From positions 1 to 15,702 of the forward strand of contig JBIOXB010000170.1 in NCBI GenBank assembly GCA_044869275.1: DNA of 15,702 nt. The letters run 5' to 3'. The notes below the pieces were generated by a model. It searched no databases and was not told where the DNA came from. It worked only from the letters and a program-made list of their open reading frames with translations. The stretch comes from a bacterium (GTDB lineage Bacteria > Zhuqueibacterota > Zhuqueibacteria > Zhuqueibacterales > Zhuqueibacteraceae). Shown piece by piece: positions 7,657 through 15,702 of this stretch (its first letter is position 1; each line of letters starts with the position of its first letter). Made by a program: the position numbers and the translations under genes.

Positions 7657-7738
7657 CGTCTCATCTCCAATTGAACGAAGGCATTTGAGCACTCGTCAAA
7701 AGTTCATTTTGGCCAGAATCGATGGCCGATTCAATTGC

Positions 7739-8737
7739 TTATTCAAACTTCTCCATCTTCGCTTCCCGCATCATGAGATCATTTACCGCGAGGCGAGGGT
7801 TTTTGTTTTCAAACAGTACCTGATAAACTTCGCGCGTAATCGGCATCTCCAAATTGTGCTTTTGCGCCAAAGCGTGAGCGGCTTGCGTCGTACGCACGCC
7901 TTCAGCGACCATGTTCATGTGCTGCAAAACTTCTGGCAGTTTTTTGCCTTGCCCCACCTGCTGGCCGACGAAGCGATTACGGCTCTTTTTGCTCATGCAG
8001 GTCAACACCAAATCGCCCATGCCGGAAAGCCCGGCGAAAGTCATGGGATCGGCGCCGAGCCGCACACCCAGTCTGGTCATTTCCACCAAGCCGCGATTGA
8101 TCAACGCGGCGAGCGTATTATCGCCGAAGCCCGCACCATCCGCAATGCCGGCTGCGAGCGCGATAATATTCTTCAAGGCGCCGCCCAGTTCCACGCCCAC
8201 CATATCGCGATGGCGATAGACGCGAAAATAATGCGACAGCAGCAAATTCTGCACGCCCCGCGCGGCTTCGAGGTCCTCGCAAGCCGCGACGATCGCGGTC
8301 GGGATGTACTGCGCCACTTCGATGGCCAGGCTTGGGCCGGAGAGCGCGACAATTTGAGGTGGGTTTTTCAGCGTCGCGGCGATGACCTGGCTCATGCGCA
8401 AATCCGTATCCGGCTCGATGCCTTTCACCGTGCTGATCAGTGTGCATTGCGGCGCAAGCGCCGGCAAGCCGGACAAAGTCGCGCGCACGGCATGTGAGGG
8501 CGAAGCAATGAAAACGTACTCCGCTTCGACTACGGTTTCTTGCAGGTTGTCAGAGAACTTCAGATTTTCCGGCAGCGCCACGCCGGGGAGATAATTTTCA
8601 TTTCGGCGCGCGGCCCGCATTTCCAGCACCAAAGTGGTGCGGCGCGCCCAAAGGGTCACTTCATGGCCATTTTCGCACAGCAATTTTGCCAAAGCCGTAC
8701 CCCAACTTCCCGCTCCAATGACGCTGGCACGAGCCAT
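7739..8737 (-). CDS. gpsA: NAD(P)H-dependent glycerol-3-phosphate dehydrogenase
   Basis: VIGAGSWGTALA Rossmann motif, KGIE, LSGPSLAIEV, GVELGGALKN, GLSGMGDLVLTC…SRNR and VAEGV. AGGAG lies 5 nt upstream of ATG 8737. Confidence 0.98.
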   Translation of the reverse strand: MARASVIGAGSWGTALAKLLCENGHEVTLWARRTTLVLEMRAARRNENYLPGVALPENLKFSDNLQETVVEAEYVFIASPSHAVRATLSGLPALAPQCTLISTVKGIEPDTDLRMSQVIAATLKNPPQIVALSGPSLAIEVAQYIPTAIVAACEDLEAARGVQNLLLSHYFRVYRHRDMVGVELGGALKNIIALAAGIADGAGFGDNTLAALINRGLVEMTRLGVRLGADPMTFAGLSGMGDLVLTCMSKKSRNRFVGQQVGQGKKLPEVLQHMNMVAEGVRTTQAAHALAQKHNLEMPITREVYQVLFENKNPRLAVNDLMMREAKMEKFE

Positions 8738-8749
8738 GAGCACTCCTGA

Positions 8750-8929
8750 TTATTTTGCCTCATGATTTTGAGCGTCGGAGAGAATTACTGCTTCAGCCCA
8801 GCGAACAAGGCGCTCTGCAATCTCGAGGGCCTGTCGATAATCACCCTCCGTGATCTCATCAAAATGTCCGAATTGCTTTTTGCTCGCCTCAGCCATTCTT
8901 CCGGCGAGCCGGGGATCGGGGCCCATGCT
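8750..8929 (-). pseudogene. HEPN domain protein remnant (N- and C-termini fused out of frame; 5' end interrupted by a MITE)
   Basis: 8913-8872 reads PGSPEEWLRRAKSN (HEPN first-helix-like). 8869-8750, in another frame, reads GHFDEITEGDYRQALEIAERLVRWAEAVI…* (HEPN last-helix-like, the part following the RYP motif). The central portion is absent. Confidence 0.7.
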
Positions 8930-9217
8930 CATGGGCGTCAACCTAAGGATTTGAATGCCAAAAGCCCCGAAGGGGCGACATGCAAAAGCTTGGAGGCAAC
9001 GCCCCAAGATAGATGCAGGCCAAATTCTTGAGCCCCAACGGGGCGAAATAACAGGCTTGGAATCGTCTATTGACTTCAGCAAGCTTTGTTTCGCCCCTTC
9101 AGGGCTGAAGCAACTTTGTGGTTCGCGTCTACCCAGGGCGTTGCCCTGGGCTTGTCTTATTTTGCCCCTTCGGGGCATGGGATCCACTGCTTCGACTACG
9201 TTAGGTTGACGCCTATG
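8930..9217. mobile_element. Non-autonomous IS4-family (IS231-like) MITE, 288 bp, with 10-bp target-site duplication
   Basis: TIRs CATGGGCGTCAACCTAA (8930-8946) and TTAGGTTGACGCCTATG (9201-9217) match 16/17. Flanking direct repeats GGCCCATGCT (8920-8929) and GGCCAATGCT (9218-9227) match 9/10. No transposase. Confidence 0.82.
8964..9176. repeat. Symmetric cluster of six REP-like GC-rich palindromes (A-B-A / A'-B'-A')
   Basis: GCCCCGAAGGGGC 8964-8976; CTTGGAGGCAACGCCCCAAG 8989-9008; GCCCCAACGGGGC 9032-9044; GCCCCTTCAGGGC 9093-9105; CCCAGGGCGTTGCCCTGGG 9132-9150; GCCCCTTCGGGGC 9164-9176. Confidence 0.85.
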
Positions 9218-9282
9218 GGCCAATGCTGGATCGCTTCATTGCCCTCGCATCACAGTTTGCCAGTCAGGAGTAGCGGTATAAC

Positions 9283-10284
9283 TTACGTCCTGCTGACTTC
9301 GCCGATGAGCCAGTACTGCTCGTTCAATTCAAGCAAACAGGCTTGTACACGTTCCACGGCCGCCGCTGTCACGACGGCGACCAGGCCGATGCCGAGATTG
9401 AAGACGCTTTGCATCTCGGCTTTTTCAATTTTGCCATAATGCCGGATGAGCTTGAAGATGGGCGGCCATTTCCATGCTTGCCAATCCATGCTGAGCTGCA
9501 AACCCGCAGGCAAAAGCCGTTGCGTGTTGCCCACGATGCCGCCCCCGGTAATATGGGAAAGTCCGGCCACGCCCTCCAGCGCGCGCAATGCGCGGATCAC
9601 GTTTTGATAGTTGCGATGGGGCCGCAACAGCGCTTCGCCCAAGGTTTCGCCCAGGTCAGGATGATAGCTTTCCAGCGCCAATCCCACGTTGTTGGCGATG
9701 ATTTTTCTGACCAGCGCATATCCGTTGGTATGCAATCCGGAAGACGCGATCCCGATCAAAATCTCGCCGCCATGGATGGCCCGGCCATCGAGAATTTTGT
9801 TTTTTTCGACCACGCCAACGATGGTGCCGGCGAGATCGAAATCGCCGGCTTGGTAAAGGTCGGGCATTTCCGCGGTCTCCCCGCCGATCAGCGCGCAATC
9901 GGCATCGGCGCAAGCCTGCGCCATTCCCTCGATCAATTCCGTCACGATCTCGGGCGAGATTTTGCCGAACGACATGTAATCGAGAAAGAACAGCGGATCC
10001 GCACCCCCGACCATGATATCGTTGATGCAGTGATGCACGAGATCGAATCCCAAATTGCGATAGCGATGCAGGCGGGACGCGACTTTGATTTTCGTGCCTA
10101 CGCCGTCCATGCTCGAAACCAGCACGGGCTCGCGAAATTTTTGCTGTGGAAATTGAAAAAATCCGCCGAACAAGCCCAGTCCACGCAACACCTGGGCATG
10201 GTGTGTGCGCTCGGCGAAGGCAGCGATGCTTTTCTTGGCGCGATCACTCGCTTCGAGGTCCACGCCAGCCGTCTTGTAGTTCAT
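9283..10284 (-). CDS. purM: Phosphoribosylformylglycinamidine cyclo-ligase (AIR synthetase)
   Basis: YKTAGVD, DGVGTK, PLFFLDY, LIGGETAEMP, SSGLHTNGY, HITGGG and FNLGIG motifs. Confidence 0.98.
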   Translation of the reverse strand: MNYKTAGVDLEASDRAKKSIAAFAERTHHAQVLRGLGLFGGFFQFPQQKFREPVLVSSMDGVGTKIKVASRLHRYRNLGFDLVHHCINDIMVGGADPLFFLDYMSFGKISPEIVTELIEGMAQACADADCALIGGETAEMPDLYQAGDFDLAGTIVGVVEKNKILDGRAIHGGEILIGIASSGLHTNGYALVRKIIANNVGLALESYHPDLGETLGEALLRPHRNYQNVIRALRALEGVAGLSHITGGGIVGNTQRLLPAGLQLSMDWQAWKWPPIFKLIRHYGKIEKAEMQSVFNLGIGLVAVVTAAAVERVQACLLELNEQYWLIGEVSRT

Positions 10285-10317
10285 AGGATTCCAATCGATT
10301 GCGGGTAGGTTGTGCGG

Positions 10318-10848
10318 TCAAAAGCGTGTTTTGATCCTTTCCATGTACCGCTTCCGCGCGCGCTCGAAAAACTCCACATGCGCAGGAAATTGATAGTCTG
10401 GATACGTCCAGGGATGGTTTTGAAATTTTCCGTTTTTCATATAGAGCTGCACATCGGCATAAACGCCGCGACCGAGATAAATGCGATGGGCGAAATTTTT
10501 TGCGGTGGCCAATACCAGCCGTGGCGCGTCCAGATAACCTGGATCCAGATTGATCGTGCGTTTGCCGGCGCGAGCATATCTTTCTTCCTGTGACATGGCG
10601 CGCAATTTCCACTCCGGTAATTCCGAGGGATCAATCAATCGCTCCAGCGCAAAAAAGGCTTTGCGCAATTCCGCTCCCATCTCCTCCTCGTAATAATCGC
10701 TGAAGGTGAAATCAAAAGCCAGACCGGGCAGCAGCGGATTGCCGAAATTCTCAATGATCAATTCCGCCGCACGATCATCCGTCCATTCCGGCGCATACAA
10801 CGCCGCCACAAATAGCGCTGCAGGCACGGGCGGTTTGAGGGTACTCAT
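10318..10848 (-). CDS. DUF4416 family protein
   Basis: 176 aa from ATG 10848, overlapping the upstream stop as ATGA. Motifs FDFTFSDYYEEEMG, RTINLDPGY, LVLATAKNFAHRIYL and PWTYPDY. Confidence 0.88.
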   Translation of the reverse strand: MSTLKPPVPAALFVAALYAPEWTDDRAAELIIENFGNPLLPGLAFDFTFSDYYEEEMGAELRKAFFALERLIDPSELPEWKLRAMSQEERYARAGKRTINLDPGYLDAPRLVLATAKNFAHRIYLGRGVYADVQLYMKNGKFQNHPWTYPDYQFPAHVEFFERARKRYMERIKTRF

Positions 10849-11699
10849 GCGAACGCCAGCGCCAGGAACAGGACCAGCACCACAACGAAATGCATGAGAT
10901 ATGCCGGATAAATGGATCCCGCTTTCTTCACCAGCCAGCCCGCGCCCAGACCCCACAGCAAAGCCAGCGCGGCGCCAGCGGCGTTCATGGGAAATCCCTG
11001 GCGATAATGCATCATCGCGAAAATCGTCGCCTGTGCCGCGACCGCAGTCTCCCAGCGGCAACATTCTCGCGCATGCGCCAGGAGCACGCTGCGAAAAATC
11101 GTTTCCTCCATCACTGCGCTGAAGATCGCATACCCGATCGCCATCATCACAATCACGTCCGGCGGCCAGCTTTTGGGCGTGGGATTGTTTCCCAAAAGAG
11201 GCGGCTGCCAAAAGTAAATCCAAAGCGTCAGCGCGGCCAGGCCAAGCGCCAGCAGCAAAGCGGCTTTGCTCCATTTGCCGGCAGCGCCCGGACTGAAATA
11301 AAGCGCATGCCAGGACATGCCGCTGAGCGCAAACAATCCGAGCAGGCCGGTAAGCACGAAGATGTTTGAATATGGATAGGCAATGCCGAGAGTGTTGATG
11401 AGAAACGCCAATAGCAAGAAGGCGAAGACAAGGCGGGGAAACGCCAGATACTGCCGTCCGGCGCGAGCGAGATACCCCGTTAGCGTCAATGCCCCCAACA
11501 GTGAAATGGCCCAAAGCCGCTGGCCGGCGATGAAATAAATTGCCGTGGCCGCGAGCGGGCCGGCGAGGGCGAAAACGGCAAGCAGCGGAGCGGAAACACG
11601 CGCATGCGTTTTTACAGGCGCGCCTGAGACCTCCTGCTCGATTTGAAATGCGGCTTGATCGTGTAAGACAACAGCCGGGTCCAATTCCAATTTTGACAT
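10845..11699 (-). CDS. CPBP (CAAX protease self-immunity/Abi) family intramembrane glutamic endopeptidase
   Basis: Multi-pass hydrophobic protein with MEETIFRS (EExxxR), IFAMMHY (FxxxH) and GSIYPAYLMH motifs. Confidence 0.88.
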   Translation of the reverse strand: MSKLELDPAVVLHDQAAFQIEQEVSGAPVKTHARVSAPLLAVFALAGPLAATAIYFIAGQRLWAISLLGALTLTGYLARAGRQYLAFPRLVFAFLLLAFLINTLGIAYPYSNIFVLTGLLGLFALSGMSWHALYFSPGAAGKWSKAALLLALGLAALTLWIYFWQPPLLGNNPTPKSWPPDVIVMMAIGYAIFSAVMEETIFRSVLLAHARECCRWETAVAAQATIFAMMHYRQGFPMNAAGAALALLWGLGAGWLVKKAGSIYPAYLMHFVVVLVLFLALAFA

Positions 11700-11758
11700 G
11701 ATGGTATTATTTATCCGCCAGAGACATTTATGACCGATGGGGCATCAAACAAAAGTAA

Positions 11759-11787
11759 AAAATATCTAAAGCCGCGCTGAATTGCAA
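11759..11787 (-). promoter_or_regulatory. Candidate sigma70-type promoter for the CPBP-DUF4416-purM run
   Basis: Minus-strand TTGCAA-N17-TATTTT about 60 nt upstream of ATG 11699. Confidence 0.35.
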
Positions 11788-11904
11788 GGGGAAAATCGAA
11801 TCTTGATCGGCCTCGCCGAGTTTTTTCGCGGCAGGGCCTTGGCTCTGGCGTGTTTCTCGTGCCCAAAATGTCGAGGGGGATTCAAGTGAGGCTGCGTCAC
11901 GGTT

Positions 11905-12345
11905 TTAGGGTTTCTCGGCCTGTTGTTTGACCATTTCCTCCAACTGTTTTCGCACGGTGATGTTCTCGAACAGCACACCCACGCAATCATTGGGCATGGG
12001 AAAGGCTTTGAGAGCATAATAACTCTTGCCCGTCTCGCCGCTGGCATATTCAAATGCGCCGAGATTGCACGAGCGCCTGGTTTTCACCACTTCGGCGTAT
12101 TGTTCGGGAACGCCGGTGTGCGCCAGCATGGGGAAAGCCTCGAGCACGTATTTGCCGATCAAAGGATTGAAATCGGTGTCGGCGTATTTCGCCGCCTGCT
12201 TGTTGGCGTAAACGAGCTTCAATGAGGAGCTCGCCGCGGGGTCTTCCAATTGATACACGACCAACCCGATGTTCATTTCGGAGAAGACGGCATCGATCAT
12301 GCTCGTCATCGTTTGCACGTTGGACAGATCAAAAGATTTTTTCAT
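11905..12345 (-). CDS. Standalone PAS domain protein
   Basis: 146 aa from ATG 12345 with GGAGG 5 nt upstream. PAS pattern LVYANKQAA…LIGKYVLEAFP…GVLFENITVRKQLEE; no output domain. Confidence 0.85.
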   Translation of the reverse strand: MKKSFDLSNVQTMTSMIDAVFSEMNIGLVVYQLEDPAASSSLKLVYANKQAAKYADTDFNPLIGKYVLEAFPMLAHTGVPEQYAEVVKTRRSCNLGAFEYASGETGKSYYALKAFPMPNDCVGVLFENITVRKQLEEMVKQQAEKP

Positions 12346-12949
12346 TGCCACCTCCGCGCCGTTGTGAGAGCCTGGTTATGTGGAAAACGTTCTCTGCATT
12401 AGAAAAGAGTGTCCGCCTTACCCATCTTCTTACGATCATAGCCCCAAAAGTTTCTGCTGCTTTACACCCAAGGCACCGGAATCACGATCGGCGCGCTCCC
12501 GCAGGCCAGCGCTGCGGCGATCGCCAAGCCCTCGTACCCTTACCGCCAAGAAGTGAAAGCAAAGTGGCAGCCACGCGTCGCCCGAAGCAGTGACCAAAAA
12601 CAGGATGATGAAAACGAATTTGAAAGGATTGGAAAGGAATATAAAAACGCGCGAGACTTTCGCAATGAGAAACTGTGCGCCGCTCGGTTACTTGCTTGAA
12701 GGTATCGAGAAATCCCATGCGGGTTTCCAGACATGGCCGCAATTGATTTGTTTTTGATTTTTGATTATCTTTTATTGGTGAGATGAGCGCCGGATCGTTG
12801 TCTGATGAACGCAAGGAACTGTGCCCGGCGCTGCCGTGACCGGCATAAGTCAAGTTGCAGAAGACTATGGACATTGTGAAAAAGTAAACGTAATCTTTAC
12901 TCTGGGACCAAGACACAAACCGAGCAATGAACTTATCAAGGAAGCCCTC

Positions 12950-15634
12950 ATGCGTGTTGAAGAAAGAGATAAAAATCATGAAATGACTCTCGCGGAAATT
13001 GAGGCGCGCGAATGGCTGGAGTCATTGGATTACGTCCTGCATGACGGCGGGCCGAAACGGGCGGTCAGCTTGTTGCGCCATTTGCAGGACCATGCCCACG
13101 CCAAGGGCGTGAAATTGCCGATTGTCGTGCAAACCCCTTACGTCAACACCATCGCGGCGAGCGAAAAACCGCCGTATCCTGGCAGCCGCGAAATCGAACG
13201 GCGCATCAAAAGCATCGTGCGCTGGAATGCCATGGCCATGGTGGTGCGTGCCAACCGCGCTGAAAGCGGCATCGGTGGGCACATCTCCACTTACGCTTCC
13301 AGCGCCACGCTGTATGAAGTCGGTTTCAATCATTTTTTTCGTGCGCCGGCCGAAAATTTCAGCGGCGATCAAATCTATTTTCAGGGGCACGCCACCCCGG
13401 GCATTTATGCCAGGGCGTTTTTGGAAGGCCGGCTCTCCGTCGAGCAACTGAAAAACTTCCGCCGGGAAGTGCCGCCCAGCAAGGGACTGTCTTCTTATCC
13501 GCATCCCTGGCTGATGCCGGATTTCTGGCAATTCCCCACGGTGTCCATGGGACTCGGCCCGATCATGGCAATCTATCAAGCGCGCTTCAATCGCTATCTC
13601 GAAGATCGTGGCTTGAAAAGAAGCAGAGGCGAGAAGGTGTGGGCTTTCTTGGGCGACGGCGAAACCGACGAGCCCGAAGCCTTGGGCGCGATCAACCTGG
13701 CCTCACGCGAGCAGCTGGACAATTTGATTTTCGTGGTCAATTGTAATCTGCAGCGCTTGGACGGCCCAGTGCGCGGCAATGGCCAGATCATTCGCGAGCT
13801 GGAAACGATATTTCGCGGCGCGGGCTGGAACGTGATCAAAGTCATTTGGGGAAAGGAATGGGATGAGCTGCTGGCGAATGATGAGGATGGGCTGCTGGTG
13901 AAACGCATGGGCGAAATCGTCGATGGCGAGTATCAGAACTATATTGTCAAGGGCGGAGATTATTTTCGCCAGCACTTCTTTGGCAAATCGCCGCAATTGC
14001 TCGCCTTGGTCGAGCATTTGTCCGATGACCAGCTCAAGAAATTGCGCCTGGGCGGCCATGATCCTGAAAAAGTCTATGCCGCATATCATGCTGCGATGGA
14101 GAACAAAGGTGCACCTACTGTCATTCTTGCGCGCACCGTCAAGGGCTATGGTCTGGGCGAAGCCGGTGAGGGCAAGAACATTACGCATCAACAAAAAAAG
14201 ATGAACGAGCAAGAACTGCGGGAATTCCGCTCGCGGTTCGGCATTCCGGTTTCCGACGAGGAAATCGACCAACTGCCTTTTTACAAGCCGGCCGAAGACA
14301 GCGTGGAGATGCAATACCTGCACGAGCGCAGGAAAAAACTCGGCGGCTACGTGCCGACACGAAAAACAAAGACTGAGACGCTCAAGACTCTGCCGGACAG
14401 CTTCTTTGAGGAATTCTATACCGGCTCTGAAGACCGCGAAGTGGCGACCACCATGGCTTTTGGCCGCCTGCTCGCCAAGCTTCTGCGCGATAAAGATGTC
14501 GGTAAATTCGTCGTGCCCATCATTCCTGATGAGGCGCGCACCTTCGGAATGGAAGCACTCTTTCGCCAGGTCGGCATCTACTCGCACGTTGGCCAGCTCT
14601 ACGAGCCGGTGGACAAAGAAACATTGCTATATTATAAGGAAGCAAAAGACGGCCAAATTCTGGAAGAAGGGATCACCGAGGCCGGTTCCATGTCGTCGTT
14701 CAACGCCGCCGGGACGGCTTACGCCACGCACGGCATCAACACCATCCCGTTTTTTATTTATTATTCCATGTTTGGCTTTCAGCGCATCGGTGATTTGATC
14801 TGGGCGGCTTGCGATATGCGCGCGCGCGGCTTTTTGGTGGGCGGCACTTCGGGCCGCACCACACTGGCCGGGGAGGGGTTGCAACATCAGGACGGGCACA
14901 GCCATCTTCTCGCCTATCCTTATCCCAATGTCAAAGCCTATGATCCTGCATTTGCCTATGAGCTGGCGGTGATTATTCAAGAGGGCATGCGCCGCATGTA
15001 TGAAGAGCGGGAAAGCGTGTTCTATTATTTGACCATCATGAACGAGTCCTACCTGCAACCGGCCATGCCCGCAGGCGCGAGGGAAGGCATCATCAAAGGC
15101 CTCTATCTCTTCAAAGCTTCGGAGAAGAAGAACGCCAAACTGCATGCCCAGCTTTTGGGCAGTGGCGCGATCTTGAACAAGGCCATTGCCGCGCAAAAAA
15201 TTCTCGAAGAGCAATACCAAGTCGCCGCCGACGTGTGGAGCGTGACCAGTTATAAAGAGCTGCATCACGACGCGCTGAGCGCAGAGAGATGGAACATGCT
15301 CCATCCCGAGGAAAAAGCCAGAGTGCCGTATGTGGCGCAGACCCTCAAGGGCGCCAAAGGCGTGTTCGTCGCCGCCTCGGATTACGTCAAGGTGCTGCCC
15401 GATTCCATTGCCAAATGGCTTCCCGGGGCGCTGCTTTCACTGGGAACCGATGGCTTCGGCCGCAGCGACGGCCGCCGGCAATTGCGTGATTTCTTCGAGG
15501 TGGATGAACGTTACATCACGCTGGCGGCGTTGTACGGCCTGGCGCGCGAAGAGAAGATCAAGCCCGAGATCGTAAAAAAGGCTATGAAGGATTTGGAGAT
15601 CGATCCTGAGAAAGCAGATCCCATGATCAGTTAA
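12950..15634 (+). CDS. aceE: Pyruvate dehydrogenase E1 component, homodimeric type
   Basis: TPYVNTI, GGHISTYAS, YFQGH, LSSYPHPWLMPDFWQFPTVSMGLGP, ThDP motif GDGETDEPE…NCNLQRLDGPV, DEARTFGME and GEGLQHQDG. AAGGA lies upstream of ATG 12950. Confidence 0.98.
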   Translation: MRVEERDKNHEMTLAEIEAREWLESLDYVLHDGGPKRAVSLLRHLQDHAHAKGVKLPIVVQTPYVNTIAASEKPPYPGSREIERRIKSIVRWNAMAMVVRANRAESGIGGHISTYASSATLYEVGFNHFFRAPAENFSGDQIYFQGHATPGIYARAFLEGRLSVEQLKNFRREVPPSKGLSSYPHPWLMPDFWQFPTVSMGLGPIMAIYQARFNRYLEDRGLKRSRGEKVWAFLGDGETDEPEALGAINLASREQLDNLIFVVNCNLQRLDGPVRGNGQIIRELETIFRGAGWNVIKVIWGKEWDELLANDEDGLLVKRMGEIVDGEYQNYIVKGGDYFRQHFFGKSPQLLALVEHLSDDQLKKLRLGGHDPEKVYAAYHAAMENKGAPTVILARTVKGYGLGEAGEGKNITHQQKKMNEQELREFRSRFGIPVSDEEIDQLPFYKPAEDSVEMQYLHERRKKLGGYVPTRKTKTETLKTLPDSFFEEFYTGSEDREVATTMAFGRLLAKLLRDKDVGKFVVPIIPDEARTFGMEALFRQVGIYSHVGQLYEPVDKETLLYYKEAKDGQILEEGITEAGSMSSFNAAGTAYATHGINTIPFFIYYSMFGFQRIGDLIWAACDMRARGFLVGGTSGRTTLAGEGLQHQDGHSHLLAYPYPNVKAYDPAFAYELAVIIQEGMRRMYEERESVFYYLTIMNESYLQPAMPAGAREGIIKGLYLFKASEKKNAKLHAQLLGSGAILNKAIAAQKILEEQYQVAADVWSVTSYKELHHDALSAERWNMLHPEEKARVPYVAQTLKGAKGVFVAASDYVKVLPDSIAKWLPGALLSLGTDGFGRSDGRRQLRDFFEVDERYITLAALYGLAREEKIKPEIVKKAMKDLEIDPEKADPMIS

Positions 15635-15702
15635 CCTCCGGCAAGTTATGGCCTTTAAAGAATCTAACATAGAATAAAATCTGAAAGTTCAGCCCACGGA
15701 AA

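Noticed and set aside
8750..9223. 157-aa ORF as an intact gene
   Set aside because: It is a chimera of MITE/REP sequence and the HEPN C-terminal fragment.
10849..11514. N-terminal extension making DUF4416 a 398-aa protein
   Set aside because: It overlaps the CPBP gene in another frame on the same strand, and the DUF4416-like sequence begins at ATG 10848.
12777..12820. Fluoride riboswitch or hammerhead upstream of aceE (GATGAG…CTGATGA)
   Set aside because: The expected P1/pseudoknot pairings and GAAA core cannot be formed, and the downstream gene does not fit a fluoride riboswitch.
12874..12891. Rex operator upstream of aceE (TTGTGAAAAAGTAAACGT)
   Set aside because: Only the left half matches TTGTGAA-N4-TTCACAA; the right half matches 3/7.
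7553..15304. Long antisense ORFs (7553..8497, 9343..10308, 13703..14587, 14627..15304) and 12482..12979
   Set aside because: These are shadows of well-conserved genes on the opposite strand, or lack any recognisable motif or RBS.

Overview
Bacterial chromosomal DNA (diderm, since it encodes a PEP-CTERM protein and a beta-barrel-like protein; taxon not determinable from the window). Left to right: the 3' end of a PEP-CTERM gene with a terminator, then a two-gene + strand unit of unknown envelope proteins. A long minus-strand run follows, which in transcription order is standalone PAS protein, CPBP protease, DUF4416, purM, gpsA, hicB, asnS, acylphosphatase, apt and a decayed FtsX/MacB-type ABC permease. 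Last is the divergent aceE (homodimeric pyruvate dehydrogenase E1). The unusual content is at the gene junctions. (i) Fold-back elements whose arms are tandem repeats of different unit lengths (9, 15, 7 and 8 bp). (ii) A 288-bp IS4/IS231-like MITE with 17-bp TIRs and a 10-bp target duplication, carrying a symmetric REP-like array. (iii) Three accessory genes apparently hollowed out by internal deletion: the ABC permease, a HEPN gene and probably hicA (reduced to MPKLL*). All family assignments come from reading motifs by eye; no database searches were run.
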